Of a stretch of 64,000 bases of DNA, positions 12,240 to 24,127 are shown piece by piece. The notes beneath the pieces were generated by a model. That model did no database searches, was not told the DNA's origin, and was given only the letters and a program-made list of their open reading frames with translations. The stretch comes from Macrostomum lignano (lineage: Eukaryota). Location of the stretch: contig NIVC01003253.1 of NCBI GenBank assembly GCA_002269645.1, positions 1,163-65,162 on the forward strand, in the 5' to 3' direction. Position 1 is the first letter of the stretch; each line of letters opens with the position of its first letter. Made by a program: the position numbers and the translations under genes.

Positions 12240-12790
12240 GGTGGATGCTTGCTATTTAAGGATGGATACTTGCTATCAGGGGGATGCTTGCTCTTGGGGG
12301 TGGAGAGTACTTGCTATCTGAGAGGGGGTTGCTAGATATCTATAAGGTATCTTTGTATCCAGGTTATGCTTGCTATCAGGGGTTGCTTGCTGTCTGGGGG
12401 ATGCTTGCTATCTTGCGGGGGGGATGCTTGCTATCTGGGGGATGCTTGCTATCTGCGGGATGCTTGCTATCTGGGGGATGCTTGCTATCTGCGGGATGCT
12501 TGCTATCTGGGGGACGCTTGCTATCTGGGGTCTGGGGGAATGCTTGCTATCTGGGGATGCTTGCGATCTGGGGGATGCTTGCTATCTGAGGAATGCTTGC
12601 TATCTGGGGGATGCTTGCTATCTGCGGGATGCTTGCTATCTGGGGGATGCTTGCTATCTGGGGTCTGGGGGAATGCTTGCTATCGGGGGATGCTTGCAGT
12701 CTGGGGGATGCTTGCTATCTGGGGATGCTTGCTATCTGGGGGATGCTTGCAGTCTGGGGGATGCTTGCTATTTGGGGATCAATGCTTGAA
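12240..12790 (+). repeat. 18-bp satellite (GGGGGATGCTTGCTATCT)n in Helitron A
   Basis: Tandem periodicity of 18 nt. Confidence 0.95.
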
Positions 12791-13544
12791 TGTTGTCTGA
12801 GGATGCTTGCTGTCTTGGGATGTTTTGTTTTTAAGAGGGAATGTCTGTTGTTTTTTCTGAAGGCTTTATTTCGCTGTCTATTTGTTATTTGTAAAAAACA
12901 AGGATTCTATCCAGATGTCCCCCATCGGGGGGCAAAGATTGCTAGTCCTATATACTAAAAATGAGTTGTCTGTGGGTAGGTAGGTAGGTAGGTATGCGAT
13001 AGATTTCAGAAAAAATGGCTCAACCGATTTTCTTCAAACTTGCACCATTCGATCAGAAATTTTCCTGGGACGGTACATGCATCTTGGCTAAGAAATTGCT
13101 CAATTTTAAAGGGATTAAATATTCGAAAAACATGCTTTTTTGCAAAGGTCAAGCAGCTCTTTCGACCTGAAATGCATTGTAAGAATGCTAGAGAAAAAAC
13201 TGACTGACTGAATTCCGATTGTGATAAAGATTGCATCACAACAAGTTAAAAACAGTGCCGAAGAAATGCACACACGACTTGATTTAAATTGCGTAACCAT
13301 ATTGCTAACTTAAATTGAGACTGATACTGGCTGACTGAGAAATTGATTATGTCATAACTTTTTACTCCAATTGACTTGCTGTAAGAATTGAATTATAAGG
13401 ACCACAATTCATGTTCTCCAATTGAAAAGAGATAGCCCTGATGCGAACAGACTGGAATGCTAATGTAGCGACCTGGGTTCGAATCATAGTAGTGCAAAAA
13501 GATTTTTTTATTAAAACACCTTAAAAACACAACAAAACTGCTAA

Positions 13545-15790
13545 ACATCAAAGAAGCGCAATGTCAAACATATAAGAGCCAACATATCGAACATAAAAGA
13601 GTTACCATGTCAAACATAAAAGAGCTACCATGTCGAACATTAAAGAGCTACCATGTCGAACATTAAAGAGCCACCATGTCAAACATAAAAGAGCCACCAT
13701 GTCAAACATAAAACAGCCACCATTTCGAACATTAAAGAGCCACCATTTCGAACATTAAAGAGCCACCATTTTGAACATTAAAGAGCCACTATGTCAAACA
13801 ATTAAGAGCCACGATGTCAAACATAAAAGAGCCAACATGTCAGACATTCAAAAGCCACCGTATCAAACATAAAAGAGTTACCATGTAGAACAAAAAAGAT
13901 CCACCATGTCGAACATAAAAGAGCCACCATGTCAAACATAAAGAGCCACCATGTCAAACATTTAGGAGCCACCATGTCAAACATATATGTGACTTTATGT
14001 CAAATATTAAAGAGCCACCATGTGAAACATTAAAGAGCCACCATGTCAAACATTTAAGAGTCACCATGTCAAACCTAAAAGAGCCACCATGTCGAACATA
14101 AAAGAGCCACAATGTCAAACATTAAAGAGCCACCATTTCAAACCTAAAGGAGCCACCATGTCGAACATTAAAGAGCCACCATGTCGAACATAAAAGAGCC
14201 ACCATATCAAACATAAAAGAGTTACCATGTCAAACATTAAAGAGCCACCATGTCAAACATAAAGCAGCCACCATTTCGAAAATTAAGGAGCCACCATTTC
14301 GAAAATTAAGGAGCCACCATGTCGAACATTAAAGAGCCACCTTGTCCAATATTAAAGAGCCACAATGTCAAACATTAAAGAGCCACCATTTCAAACCTAA
14401 ATGAGCCACCATGTCGAACATTAAAGAGCCACCATGTCGAACATAAAAGAGCCACCATGTCGAACATAAAACAGACACCATTAAGAACATTAAAGAGCCA
14501 CCATGTCGAACATTAAAGAGCCACCATGTCGAACATTAAAGAGCCACCATGTCAAACATAAAAGAGCCACCATTTCGAAAATTAAGGAGCCACCATTTCG
14601 AAAATTAAAGAGCCACCATGTTAAACATTAAAGGGCCACCTTGTCAAATATTAAAGAGCCACCATGTCAAACATAAAACAGCCACCATTTCGAAAATTAA
14701 AGAGCCACCATGTCGAACAATAAAGAGCCACCATGTCAAACATAAAACAGACACCATTAAGAACATTAAAGAGCCACCATGTCGAACATTAAAGAGCCAC
14801 CATGTCAAACATAAAACAGCCACCATTTCGAAAATTAAGGAGCCACCATTTCGAAAATTAAGGAGCCACCATGTCGAACATTAAAGAGCCACCTTGTCAA
14901 ATATTAAAGAGCCACAATGTCAAACATTAAAGAGCCACCATTTCAAACCTAAATGAGCCACCATGTCGAACATTAAAGAGCCACCATGTCGAACATAAAA
15001 GAGCCACCATGTCGAACATAAAACAGACACCATTAAGAACATTAAAGAGCCACCATGTCGAACATTAAAGAGCCACCATGTCGAACATTAAAGAGCCACC
15101 ATGTCAAACATAAAAGAGCCACCATTTCGAAAATTAAGGAGCCACCATTTCGAAAATTAAAGAGCCACCATGTTAAACATTAAAGGGCCACCTTGTCAAA
15201 TATTAAAGAGCCACCATGTCAAACATAAAACAGCCACCATTTCGAAAATTAAAGAGCCACCATGTCGAACAATAAAGAGCCACCATGTCAAACATAAAAC
15301 AGACACCATTAAGAACATTAAAGAGCCACCATGTCGAACATTAAAGAGCCACCATGTCAAACATAAAACAGCCACCATTTCGAAAATTAAGGAGCCACCA
15401 TTTCGAAATTTAAAGAGCCACCATGTTAAACATTAAAGGGCCACCTTGTCAAATATTAAAGAGCCACCATTTCAAACCCAAAAGAGCGACCATGTCGAAC
15501 ATACAAGAGCCACCATGTCGAACATAAAAGAGCAGCCATGTAGAACATAAAAGAGCCACCATGTCGAACATAAAAGAGCCACCATGTCAAACATAAAAAA
15601 GCCAGCATGTCAAACATAAAAGAGCCAACATGAAGAACATTAAAGAGCCACCATGTCGACCATTAAAAGAGCCACCATGTCGAACATACAAGAGCCACCA
15701 TGTCAAACATAAAAAAGCCACCATGTCGAACAATAAAGAGCCACCATGTCAAACATAAAAGAGCCACCATGTCAAACATTCAAGATATAC
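13545..15790 (+). repeat. 23-bp satellite in Helitron B, with a 552-bp higher-order duplication
   Basis: About 97 units; 14281.. matches 14833.. and ORF 14618 matches ORF 15170, both at offset 552 = 24 x 23. Confidence 0.95.
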
Positions 15791-15879
15791 AATTTCAAAT
15801 GTAAAGGTATAAAGCGCCATGCCAATTTAAAGGAGCCACTATAAAGCTAAGGAAATTGTCGCTCTAGCTACTTTTTGTC

Positions 15880-16465
15880 TGGTGGATGGTTGCTATTTGG
15901 GGGATGCTTGCTTTCTGGGGGATGCTTGCTATCTGGGCGATGCTTGCAATTTGGGGGATGCTTGCTATCTGAGGGATGCTTGCTATCTGGTGGATGCTTG
16001 CTATCTGAGGGATGCTTGCTATCTGAGTGATGCTTGCTATCTGGGGGATGCTTGCTATTTGGAGGATGCTTGCTTTCTGGGGATGCTTGCTATCTGGGCG
16101 ATGCTTGCAATTTGGGGGATGCTTGCTATCTGAGGGATGCTTGCTATCTGGTGGATGCTTGCTATCTGAGGGATGCTTGCTATCTGAGTGATGCTTGCTA
16201 TCTGGGGGATGCTTGCTATCTGAGGGATGCTTGCTATCTGAGGGATGCTTGCTATTTGGGGTATGCTTGCTATCTGAGGGATGCTTGCTATCTGGGGAAT
16301 GCTTGCTATCTGGGGAATGTTTGCTATCTGGGGAATGCTTGCTATCTGGGGGATGCTTGCTATCTGGGGGATGCTTGCTATCTGGGGGATGCTTGCTATC
16401 TGGGGGATGCTTGCTATTTGAGGGATGCTTGCTATCTGGGGAATGCTTGCTATCTGGGGGATGCT
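15880..16465 (+). repeat. 18-bp satellite in Helitron B
   Basis: Same unit as 12240-12790. Confidence 0.95.
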
Positions 16466-17665
16466 TGTGGTCTTGGGAAGATTTCTTATTGCAATTCACT
16501 TCATTTGAGCAGTTTGTCTGTTGTCTTTGTGAAGGATTTTCTGGCTGTCTTTTTGTTACTTGTAGAGAACAGAGATTCTATCCAGATGTCCCCCATCGGG
16601 GGGCGAAGATTGCTAGTTTAAGCTATTTCTCTTGGTCTTCAACTCGTCAAGTACTTAGGCTATTCTACAAATATATCGCAAGCATTCACATTCGTTATTA
16701 AACAACAATCAGCTCCTGACTTTCGCGTCACGTCAAATAGTATTCTAACTAAAATACAGTATCAGTGTTTTTACGCTCGTATTAAACTGCTTCGCTCTCT
16801 TTTCATACCTGTAAAAAATTGGTACGTTCTTTTTAAAAATCTGCAAAAAACTGTCTGACTATGTTCTCGGGTTAAGTGCATTCGGATGCAGCTAGTAAAT
16901 AAATTTTCATTACTCGCAAGTGCAATTACATGCATATGTGCTTCAATCCTGAATTTAAAATCCTCGCTAAACCATTAACGCCTGCAAGAGCAGCTCCTTA
17001 TCTGGCATGTGATGTAAATGTATGTATTGCTTATTTGTGAAGTGCATGCCAACTAAAAAGGACCAATCGAAGTACATTTAGATTTAGAAGTAGTAGATAC
17101 TCGATACACAGAGCTTAAATCACTTTTAATGTCAATTCTTACATAAATCTGCAGTTTTTTATCCAAGGAGTATTTGATCGGAGATTGATAAAATGGCTCA
17201 CCTAGTCTTATTGCTTGCAATGGACGCAAAAGAGATCGGTTACTGAAAGTAGAAACACACGCCCAGCCCATGCAAGTAGCTACACTGTAGAACTGCAAGA
17301 ACTGAAAGAAATCCTTGCATGGATTAGACGCGTTACAAGCGGAAGATGTCAACTTCAGTACATGCATATAGAGACCTAGACGGTGCTAGCGTGAGCTCGA
17401 GTCCATTTTGAGCAATTTGAATACACCTGTGCATGTAAAGACTTATAAAAACCTGTAAAAGAAGCTGAACTTGTGTAATATTAATTTATAATAATAAAAA
17501 TAAAGCTCTGGATTCGCCATACAGATCGAACTCTCTGTGGACTTCCGGAGGGAAATTCTCAAAGAACATTACACGTTATATATGATTTTTATATGAAAGC
17601 ATATGAAAGTACACGATATAGATGTACTAGCGGTTATCAGCTGAGCAGTCTGTAACGCATGAGTT

Positions 17666-18945
17666 GGCTACAGATGGTTACAGATGGCTACAGATGGCTA
17701 CATATAGGTACAGATGGCTAAAGATGGCTACAGATGGCTACAGATGGCTACATATGGCTACAGATGGCTACAGATGGCTACAGATGACTACAGATGGCTA
17801 CAGATGGCTACAGATGACTACAGATGGCTACAGATGGCTACAGATGGCTACAGATGGCTACAGATGCTACAGATGGCTACAGATGGCTACAGATGGCTAC
17901 ATATGTCCACAGATGGCTACAGATGGCTAAAGATAGCTACAGATGGTTACAGACGGTTACAGATGGCTACAGATGGCTACAGATGGCTACAGATGGCTAC
18001 AGATGGTTACAGACGGTTACAGATGGCTACAGATGGCTACAGATGGCTACAGATGGCTACATATAGGTACAGATGGCTAAAGATGGCTACAGATGGCTAC
18101 AGATGCTACAGATGGCTACAGATGGCTACAGATGGCTACATATGTCCACAGATGGCTACAGATGGCTAAAGATAGCTACAGATGGTTACAGACGGTTACA
18201 GATGGCTACAGATGGCTACAGATGGCTACAGATGGCTACAGATGGCTACAGATGGCTACAGATGGCTACAGATGTCCACAGAAGGCTACAGATGGTTACA
18301 GACGGTTACAGATGGCTACAGATGGCTACAGATGGCTACAGATGGTTACAGATGGCTACAGATGGCTACAGATGGCTACAGATGGCTACAGATGGCTACA
18401 GATGGTTACAGACGGTTACAGATGGCTACAGATGGCTACAGATGGCTACAGATGGCTACAGATGGCTACAGATGGCTACAGATGGCTACAGATGGCTACA
18501 GATGGCTACAGATGGCTACAGATGGCTACAGATGGCTACAGATGGCTACAGATGGCTACAGATGTCCACAGATGGCTACAGATGGTTACAGACGGTTACA
18601 GATGGCTACAGATGACTACAGATGACTACATATAGGTACAGATGGCTACAGATGGCTACAGATGACTACAGATGGCTAAAGATGACTACAGATGGCTACA
18701 GAAGGCTACAGATGGCTACAGATGGCTACAGATGGCTACAGATGGCTACAGATGGCTACAGATGTCCACAGAAGGCTAAAGATGGCTACAGATGGCTACA
18801 GATGACTAGATGACTACAGATGGCTACAGATGACTACAGATGACTACAGATGGCTACAGATGGCTACAGATGGCTACAGATGGCTACAGATGGCTACAGA
18901 TGGCTACAGATGGCTACAGATGGCTACAGATGACTACATATGGCT
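17666..18945. repeat. 10-bp minisatellite (GATGGCTACA)n, about 128 units
   Basis: Tandem periodicity of 10 nt; the MATDGYRWLQ ORFs are artefacts. Confidence 0.98.
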
Positions 18946-20228
18946 ACTTGTAGAATGTACCGCGACTTGTAATAACGAAACACTTTCTTCCACTAACAGT
19001 GAGTGATCAGCCATATTTCGCCAACATGTGTCATCCTGTAATTTAACGGTCAAACGTACGCGAGTTAATAACACTGGGCGTTTAGTTAGAGAGCGGTCAT
19101 AACTCTTAAGTCATCCTTATTAACAGTCCTACACTGGATGTGTGTAATTATATTTTAATTTTGGCATAAAATAAGCTACCAATGATCGCCTCTAAGCTCC
19201 ATAAGTTAACTCATACTTCAGAAAGTCAATCAGTAACACAATACTTCATGTACCCTTTCTGCCAACACAAAGGGTCACGTGAGAGTGTAAACTTTCTACA
19301 AAATCTAAGTGGATTGGAATTTGCCCGAGATTTGCCGCGCTAACAACTACATTGTGTAGTTTCGACCTTGAACCAGAAATTTATTGTACTTGTCACACCT
19401 GAGGGAAATGGAAAAATCCGGTAACGCCAATTCTGCCAACGCAACTGACGCATTCGACTTGGCACACTAGTAGGTCGCTATTCTAGATGCAGCGCTCGCG
19501 CACGCGTCGCTCAAAAATAGAACAATTGCGCAGGCGTTCCAATGTTTGCTTGAGCTGTTGAATTGACAGTTCACCTTTGGTCATGCTAATATTGAATTTC
19601 TGCCCTCTCTACAAAATTTTTAGCTTCCAAACTATTAAGGTAATTTTACGAAAACACTAATTGAAGAAAGCTTACGTTCAGGCTAATCAATAATTAGGAA
19701 ACAAGAAATGAATTTAAAGTAATTTGCGATGTAACTAGTATGCTCATACGTGGTAAGGGTTACAATCTCGCTTAGTTGATTCAGATTGTCACACTCTTGT
19801 AACCTTTGCCTCTTAGTGCAATGCGAATAGGCTTATATGACCGAAGGCAGTCACTCAAAACCGGACTGCTCTCTATAGTGGGCCAGCATTAAACTAACTA
19901 ATTACCAGCCACGTCTGTTTACAATTGAACGCAGGCATTTTATTATTACGAGCTAAAATAATAAAAGTCAGTCATGCTTCCAGGCGCCTGCCAATCCGCC
20001 TGCCTGACTGCTATCTGCCGTAAGAAACTGAACAGTTTCAATTCAGGTTCCTGACAGACACTTGACACAAAAACCAGATAAAATTCGTGCCAATAAGGCT
20101 AAGGCCAGCATTATCAATCTGGTTCAAAGCGGTCGCTCGAACTCTTTGAGGCCGGCAACATAAATTGAGTGCAACTAGCAACAGGCTTCAACAAAGCGAA
20201 AAGCCTCGGTAGTTCTTAAAGCTCTCGA

Positions 20229-22298
20229 ATGGAGTCACAAGACAACAACAGGCGGGCAGTGTCCGATGAGGCAATCGGCCTGATGATCAACAAGGCGGCG
20301 CCGGAGACGGCGGACGAGCAGGCCTCTGCTCTCGAGGTCGTGCCAGTGAATACCGAGGACGTGCTGCCCCTGCCGCTAGACAGAGGCTACGCCTGGGTTG
20401 TGACTTTCGCCTGCATGATGAACAGCTGCATTGTGGACGGCATCGGAAACTCCTTCGGATTTTTAATGGTTGACTTCTGCCAGTACTTCAACGCTGATAA
20501 GGCGTCCGTGACGCTTATCGGGTCACTGATGTGTGGAGTCTATCAAATGATCGGGCCAATAGCTGGTGCTCTGGTGAACAAGTTCGGCTGCCGTCCAGTC
20601 TGCATAGCGGGCGCAGTGCTAGCAACCGCTGCCTTCGTGATCAGCAGCTTCGCTCCCAGCCTCGCCGTTCTCACCTTCTCTTACGGTATTCTCGGGGGCA
20701 TCGGATTCGGACTGATCTACCTGCCCTCGATGGTTTGCGTCAATTTTTACTTCGAGGAATATCGAGCTTTGGCCATGGGGCTGGCCGTCTGCGGCACGGG
20801 GATCGGCACCATGGTGATGGGGCCGCTGACCAGAGCTCTGGCTGAGGCCTTCGGCTGGAGAAATTGCCTGCTCATTCTGGGAGGAATCGTGTTTAACTCT
20901 GCCGTGTTTGGCGCCCTGATGAAGCCGAACGAGCCGGAGCCGGTGCAGCAGAGACGCCGCCGCACGTCACGTGTGGAGCGAGGTCGCAGGCCTGACGACA
21001 CAGACGAGGCGGCTGCATGCCGAGAGCTGGTTGCCTCAACTGTGAGCGTCAGGAAGATGAGCACCAGCACCGAGGGCGGAAGCGTGGGAGCTGTGCTGCG
21101 ATCCCTGCCTGCGCTCGTCGACCACCGTACGAAAATCCCTGCGGGCTCCGCCAGCAACCGCTGCAAAGTCGCCAAGGCTGCTCGGGCGCGCCAATTTGAC
21201 GTCAAGGCGGTGTGTGACGACCCCATAGCAACGGCTGCCATTGAGGACTTCAAGCGGCCTCTGTACCGCAAGGATATCTTCTATGCCGGCTCTGTGGCGA
21301 GTCTGGCGAGTTCCAGAATACGGAAAAAGTCAGCAGTGACGCCGAGCCAGCTGGTCATCTCAATGACGCGAATCCCCGGCGAAATGTCAACTCAAGGTTC
21401 AGTGAGAACCATCGCCAAACCGGAAAAGATGCCTGATGGAGAAGAGTCTGAGGACGAGACTGCGGCTTGGGTGCCCAAACCCATCCGTGATGCGTTCCTC
21501 CTGATGACCGATTTGTCTCTGTTAAAGGACTCCGGCTTCCTAATAGCTTGGATAGCGAACTTGGTATCCATGCTATCGTTCTACATTCCGCTATTCTTCA
21601 TCGGAGACTTCGCCAGAGAGGCCGGAGTCTCCGACGGTGAGTCCAGGTATCTGAATGCAGCCTTTGGCAGCGCCAACACCCTCAGCCGCATTCTGGTCGG
21701 ATGGGCCGCCGGCAACCCGAAGGTGTCGCCCCTGCTCGTCAACAATGTCTCGCTATTCTTCAGCGCTGTCCTGGTGCTGGTGCTCAACTACTCAACCAGC
21801 TTCCCGATGCTGATCGCCACCTACACGGCGCTCGGCGTCACTCTGGGACCCTTCATCACCCTCACCTCGGAGATTCTGTGCCGCCTAGTTGGCCTAGACA
21901 ACCTAACCAGCGCTTTTGGCCTCATCATTCTGGCCAGGGGAATCAGTACCTGCGTAGGGTCACCGCTCGCAGCCTCACTGTACAGCCCCAGCACCAAGTA
22001 CCTGCTCCCGTTCGCTGTGGGCGGCGGCCTCTTCGCTCTGAGCTCCGTCATCTTCAGCATCCTGCTCCTGCCGCGGTTCAGCCAGCGCCAGGAGGCCAAC
22101 AAGAGTGAGCTGCAGGAGACCATGCGAAGTGTGCAGAACCTGCACGCCAGCTTCCTGCTGGTCGAGGGCACCCAGCTGGTGACCAGCAATAGTGTGAATC
22201 TGGGCCTCATCGCCAGTAGCGAGCCGAAGACGGCGGCTATGATTATGCGGCAGGACGAGACCAAGGAGGAGGACGGATTCTTCGAGGCCACCGTGTAG
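20229..22298 (+). CDS. Monocarboxylate transporter (SLC16/MCT, MFS), 689 aa, intronless CDS
   Basis: D-x-GYAWVV motif before TM1, GALVNKFGCRPV loop, two six-TM halves separated by a long cytoplasmic loop ending DLSLLKDSGF; G/C-ending codon bias. Confidence 0.95.
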   Translation: MESQDNNRRAVSDEAIGLMINKAAPETADEQASALEVVPVNTEDVLPLPLDRGYAWVVTFACMMNSCIVDGIGNSFGFLMVDFCQYFNADKASVTLIGSLMCGVYQMIGPIAGALVNKFGCRPVCIAGAVLATAAFVISSFAPSLAVLTFSYGILGGIGFGLIYLPSMVCVNFYFEEYRALAMGLAVCGTGIGTMVMGPLTRALAEAFGWRNCLLILGGIVFNSAVFGALMKPNEPEPVQQRRRRTSRVERGRRPDDTDEAAACRELVASTVSVRKMSTSTEGGSVGAVLRSLPALVDHRTKIPAGSASNRCKVAKAARARQFDVKAVCDDPIATAAIEDFKRPLYRKDIFYAGSVASLASSRIRKKSAVTPSQLVISMTRIPGEMSTQGSVRTIAKPEKMPDGEESEDETAAWVPKPIRDAFLLMTDLSLLKDSGFLIAWIANLVSMLSFYIPLFFIGDFAREAGVSDGESRYLNAAFGSANTLSRILVGWAAGNPKVSPLLVNNVSLFFSAVLVLVLNYSTSFPMLIATYTALGVTLGPFITLTSEILCRLVGLDNLTSAFGLIILARGISTCVGSPLAASLYSPSTKYLLPFAVGGGLFALSSVIFSILLLPRFSQRQEANKSELQETMRSVQNLHASFLLVEGTQLVTSNSVNLGLIASSEPKTAAMIMRQDETKEEDGFFEATV

Positions 22299-22943
22299 CC
22301 ACTGCGGTGAACTTGCATGCGTTCGCTTGCCAAGACGGTCTTGGCGATGCCCAGCAAATCTGAGTTGTAGCATCCGATCCAACTTATTTAAGCCTTTACA
22401 CACCAGCAATGCAAAGCAATTGCTAGCAATACAGCTATACTGATGAAATGTGTTTGAGTTTACTCCTGCGGACTCCGAGGAGAAGTCCGTAACGCTAATG
22501 GTGCCTGTGATTGCCTCAGCGATATGACTGCATGCAATGCACGAATCAATCAGTAGTGAATGAATTGGAATTTATTTTTTAGCCTCGTAATTTTTCATTA
22601 GGTGTTTTAATCATCCACTTCAAATTGCTTCTCAAGAACTATCAAAATGATCCCTACATGCATGAGCTCCCTAAGATCAATAATATACTGACGGGTCGTC
22701 AAACGGCAATTATTAAAAAAACACTTGAAAATCGATCAGTTTTTTTTTCAATTGCAATCCAAGCCATCCCAACACGGTGCCATTCAGATGAGCAAAATGA
22801 GGCAAAGACAACTCAGGCAACACGATGGTGCAAATGCGGTTCGCAGCTGCAGGTCTCGTGTATTTCTGCTAGTTAACCAGCCATACGCCGGTACTCAGCA
22901 TTGCTGCAGTGGAAAATCCCCAGTCCAAGGTCAGTCCAGCAGT

Positions 22944-23612
22944 TTAGCTGTCGGGGGTCGGCAGGCCCTTGGTCTTCTCGCTGCACGGCTTTCTGCCCTC
23001 TCCGCGCTTCGGCTTGTAGAACTTGGCGCTGGCGCACAGCTCGGGCAGCTCGAAGTACTTGTCCTTGGGCTGGTGGAAGCCGAAGAAGAAGAGAATACCG
23101 CCGGAGCACTGGCCGTTCTTCCTGTACTTCTTCTTGATGAGGATCGGCACGCAGCGGTCATCGATGACGCCGCCCAGCTTGATGGAGAGGTCGCCCTTGG
23201 TCATGCGGCCGCAGTGCACGCTGATGGGCACCTTGCGGCTGGTGACGGTGGAGCGGGCCACCACGCGGTTGTTCGGCCACATCTTGGGGCACAGGGTGAG
23301 GAAGTACTTGGCGTGGCTCACGGGGATCTTCACGCACCGGGCGTTGGCGGCGCTGGTGCCCCAGGCGTAGTAGCCGACGCCGGCCTCGAAGTCGAACATG
23401 GTGTAGTGGTGTCCGGAGTAGTTCTGGGACTTCACCTTGAAGTAGGCGGCCACCTTCTTCTTCTCCTTGGAGCCGGCGATGCCTCCCAGCAGCTTGAGGT
23501 AGGTGCCGTTGTGGTAGCCGAGACCGGCCACTCCGATGGCTCCCTCTCTGGGCGGGTTCTCGCAGGCCAGGGCGGTGGCCACCAGGGCGGTGAGCAGCAG
23601 CAGCAGCTTCAT
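22944..23612 (-). CDS. EPDR: Secreted ependymin-related protein (EPDR-like), 222 aa, intronless, strongly basic
   Basis: Signal peptide MKLLLLLTALVATALA followed by C-x-x-P-x-x-x-G; ependymin-like spacing DF-x-x-G-x-x-Y...C-x-K...CP...C-x-P...F-x-LP-x-x-C; two N-glycosylation sequons (NGT, NYS); very strong GC3 bias. Family assigned from recalled motifs, not from a search. Confidence 0.75.
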   Translation of the reverse strand: MKLLLLLTALVATALACENPPREGAIGVAGLGYHNGTYLKLLGGIAGSKEKKKVAAYFKVKSQNYSGHHYTMFDFEAGVGYYAWGTSAANARCVKIPVSHAKYFLTLCPKMWPNNRVVARSTVTSRKVPISVHCGRMTKGDLSIKLGGVIDDRCVPILIKKKYRKNGQCSGGILFFFGFHQPKDKYFELPELCASAKFYKPKRGEGRKPCSEKTKGLPTPDS

Positions 23613-23657
23613 CTTGAGTCAGAGAGTCTGGATGTCCGGCAGTGAGAAATCGAGTGG

Positions 23658-23698
23658 ACTTGATGGACTCTGGTCGCTGGCCAGGGGTGCTTTTTATG
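23658..23698 (-). promoter_or_regulatory. Putative core promoter of the EPDR-like gene
   Basis: CATAAAAA (23698-23691) lies about 30 nt upstream of an Inr-like TCAAGTC (23664-23658), which is about 45 nt before the ATG. Confidence 0.4.
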
Positions 23699-24127
23699 CA
23701 CCTGGACTGCTTGACCACCTGGCAACTCGGCGTTCAAACATTTGGCAACAGAATTTGTTGGCAACCAGCAGGTGCGCAAATTGATGCTCATGGCTACTGC
23801 CGGTGTTTGCTCGGGGATCGATGGTCAGCTGACTTGAGCACCGCTTTTCTGCTTGCAAATGTTATTTTAATCAAACAATCGGCTTGCTTCCAAAGTAAAT
23901 TTGTTTTAATAAAGTTTTTAAAAACCATATCGACTCGTTTTTGCGAAGTGCCGAGCAAAAACGTTTCAACAATAGGTTTATCAAGGTTAGGGTTTTAACA
24001 ACCCCCATAAGCTTAGCAGAGCTCGTGTTTGCACTGCTGTTTCTGCACTGAATACAGTTTTATCAAAATGCAATTCCTAATATCTAGCTATTGTTTAAAA
24101 AATCTGTTTGGTGAAAATTTCTGAAGT

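Larger units (their letters stand above)
9940..12945 (+). mobile_element. Non-autonomous Helitron, copy A (3.0 kb), carrying 23-bp and 18-bp satellite arrays
   Basis: 5' A|TCATATATACTAAAAATG; 3' hairpin CCCCC-ATC-GGGGG (12919-12931) ten nt before the CTAG (12942-12945). Confidence 0.88.
12946..16616 (+). mobile_element. Non-autonomous Helitron, copy B (3.7 kb), fused head-to-tail to copy A
   Basis: Starts TCCTATATACTAAAAATG immediately after the CTAG of copy A. The ~550-bp unique 5' region is closely similar to copy A. Same hairpin; ends CTAG|T at 16613-16617. Confidence 0.88.

Noticed and set aside
17053-17450. Plus-strand stretch with protein-like composition (…DALQAEDVNF…), possibly a decayed transposase
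   Set aside because: Many stops and no motif I can assign.
11097-18813. Many periodic ORFs (KEPPCQT, GDACYL, MATDGYRWLQ)
   Set aside because: Read-through of satellite units lacking stop codons.
20531-23784. Overlapping and antisense ORFs over the MCT and EPDR genes (e.g. 22725..23645 +, 306 aa)
   Set aside because: Shadow ORFs caused by high GC3 in the real genes; no recognisable motifs.
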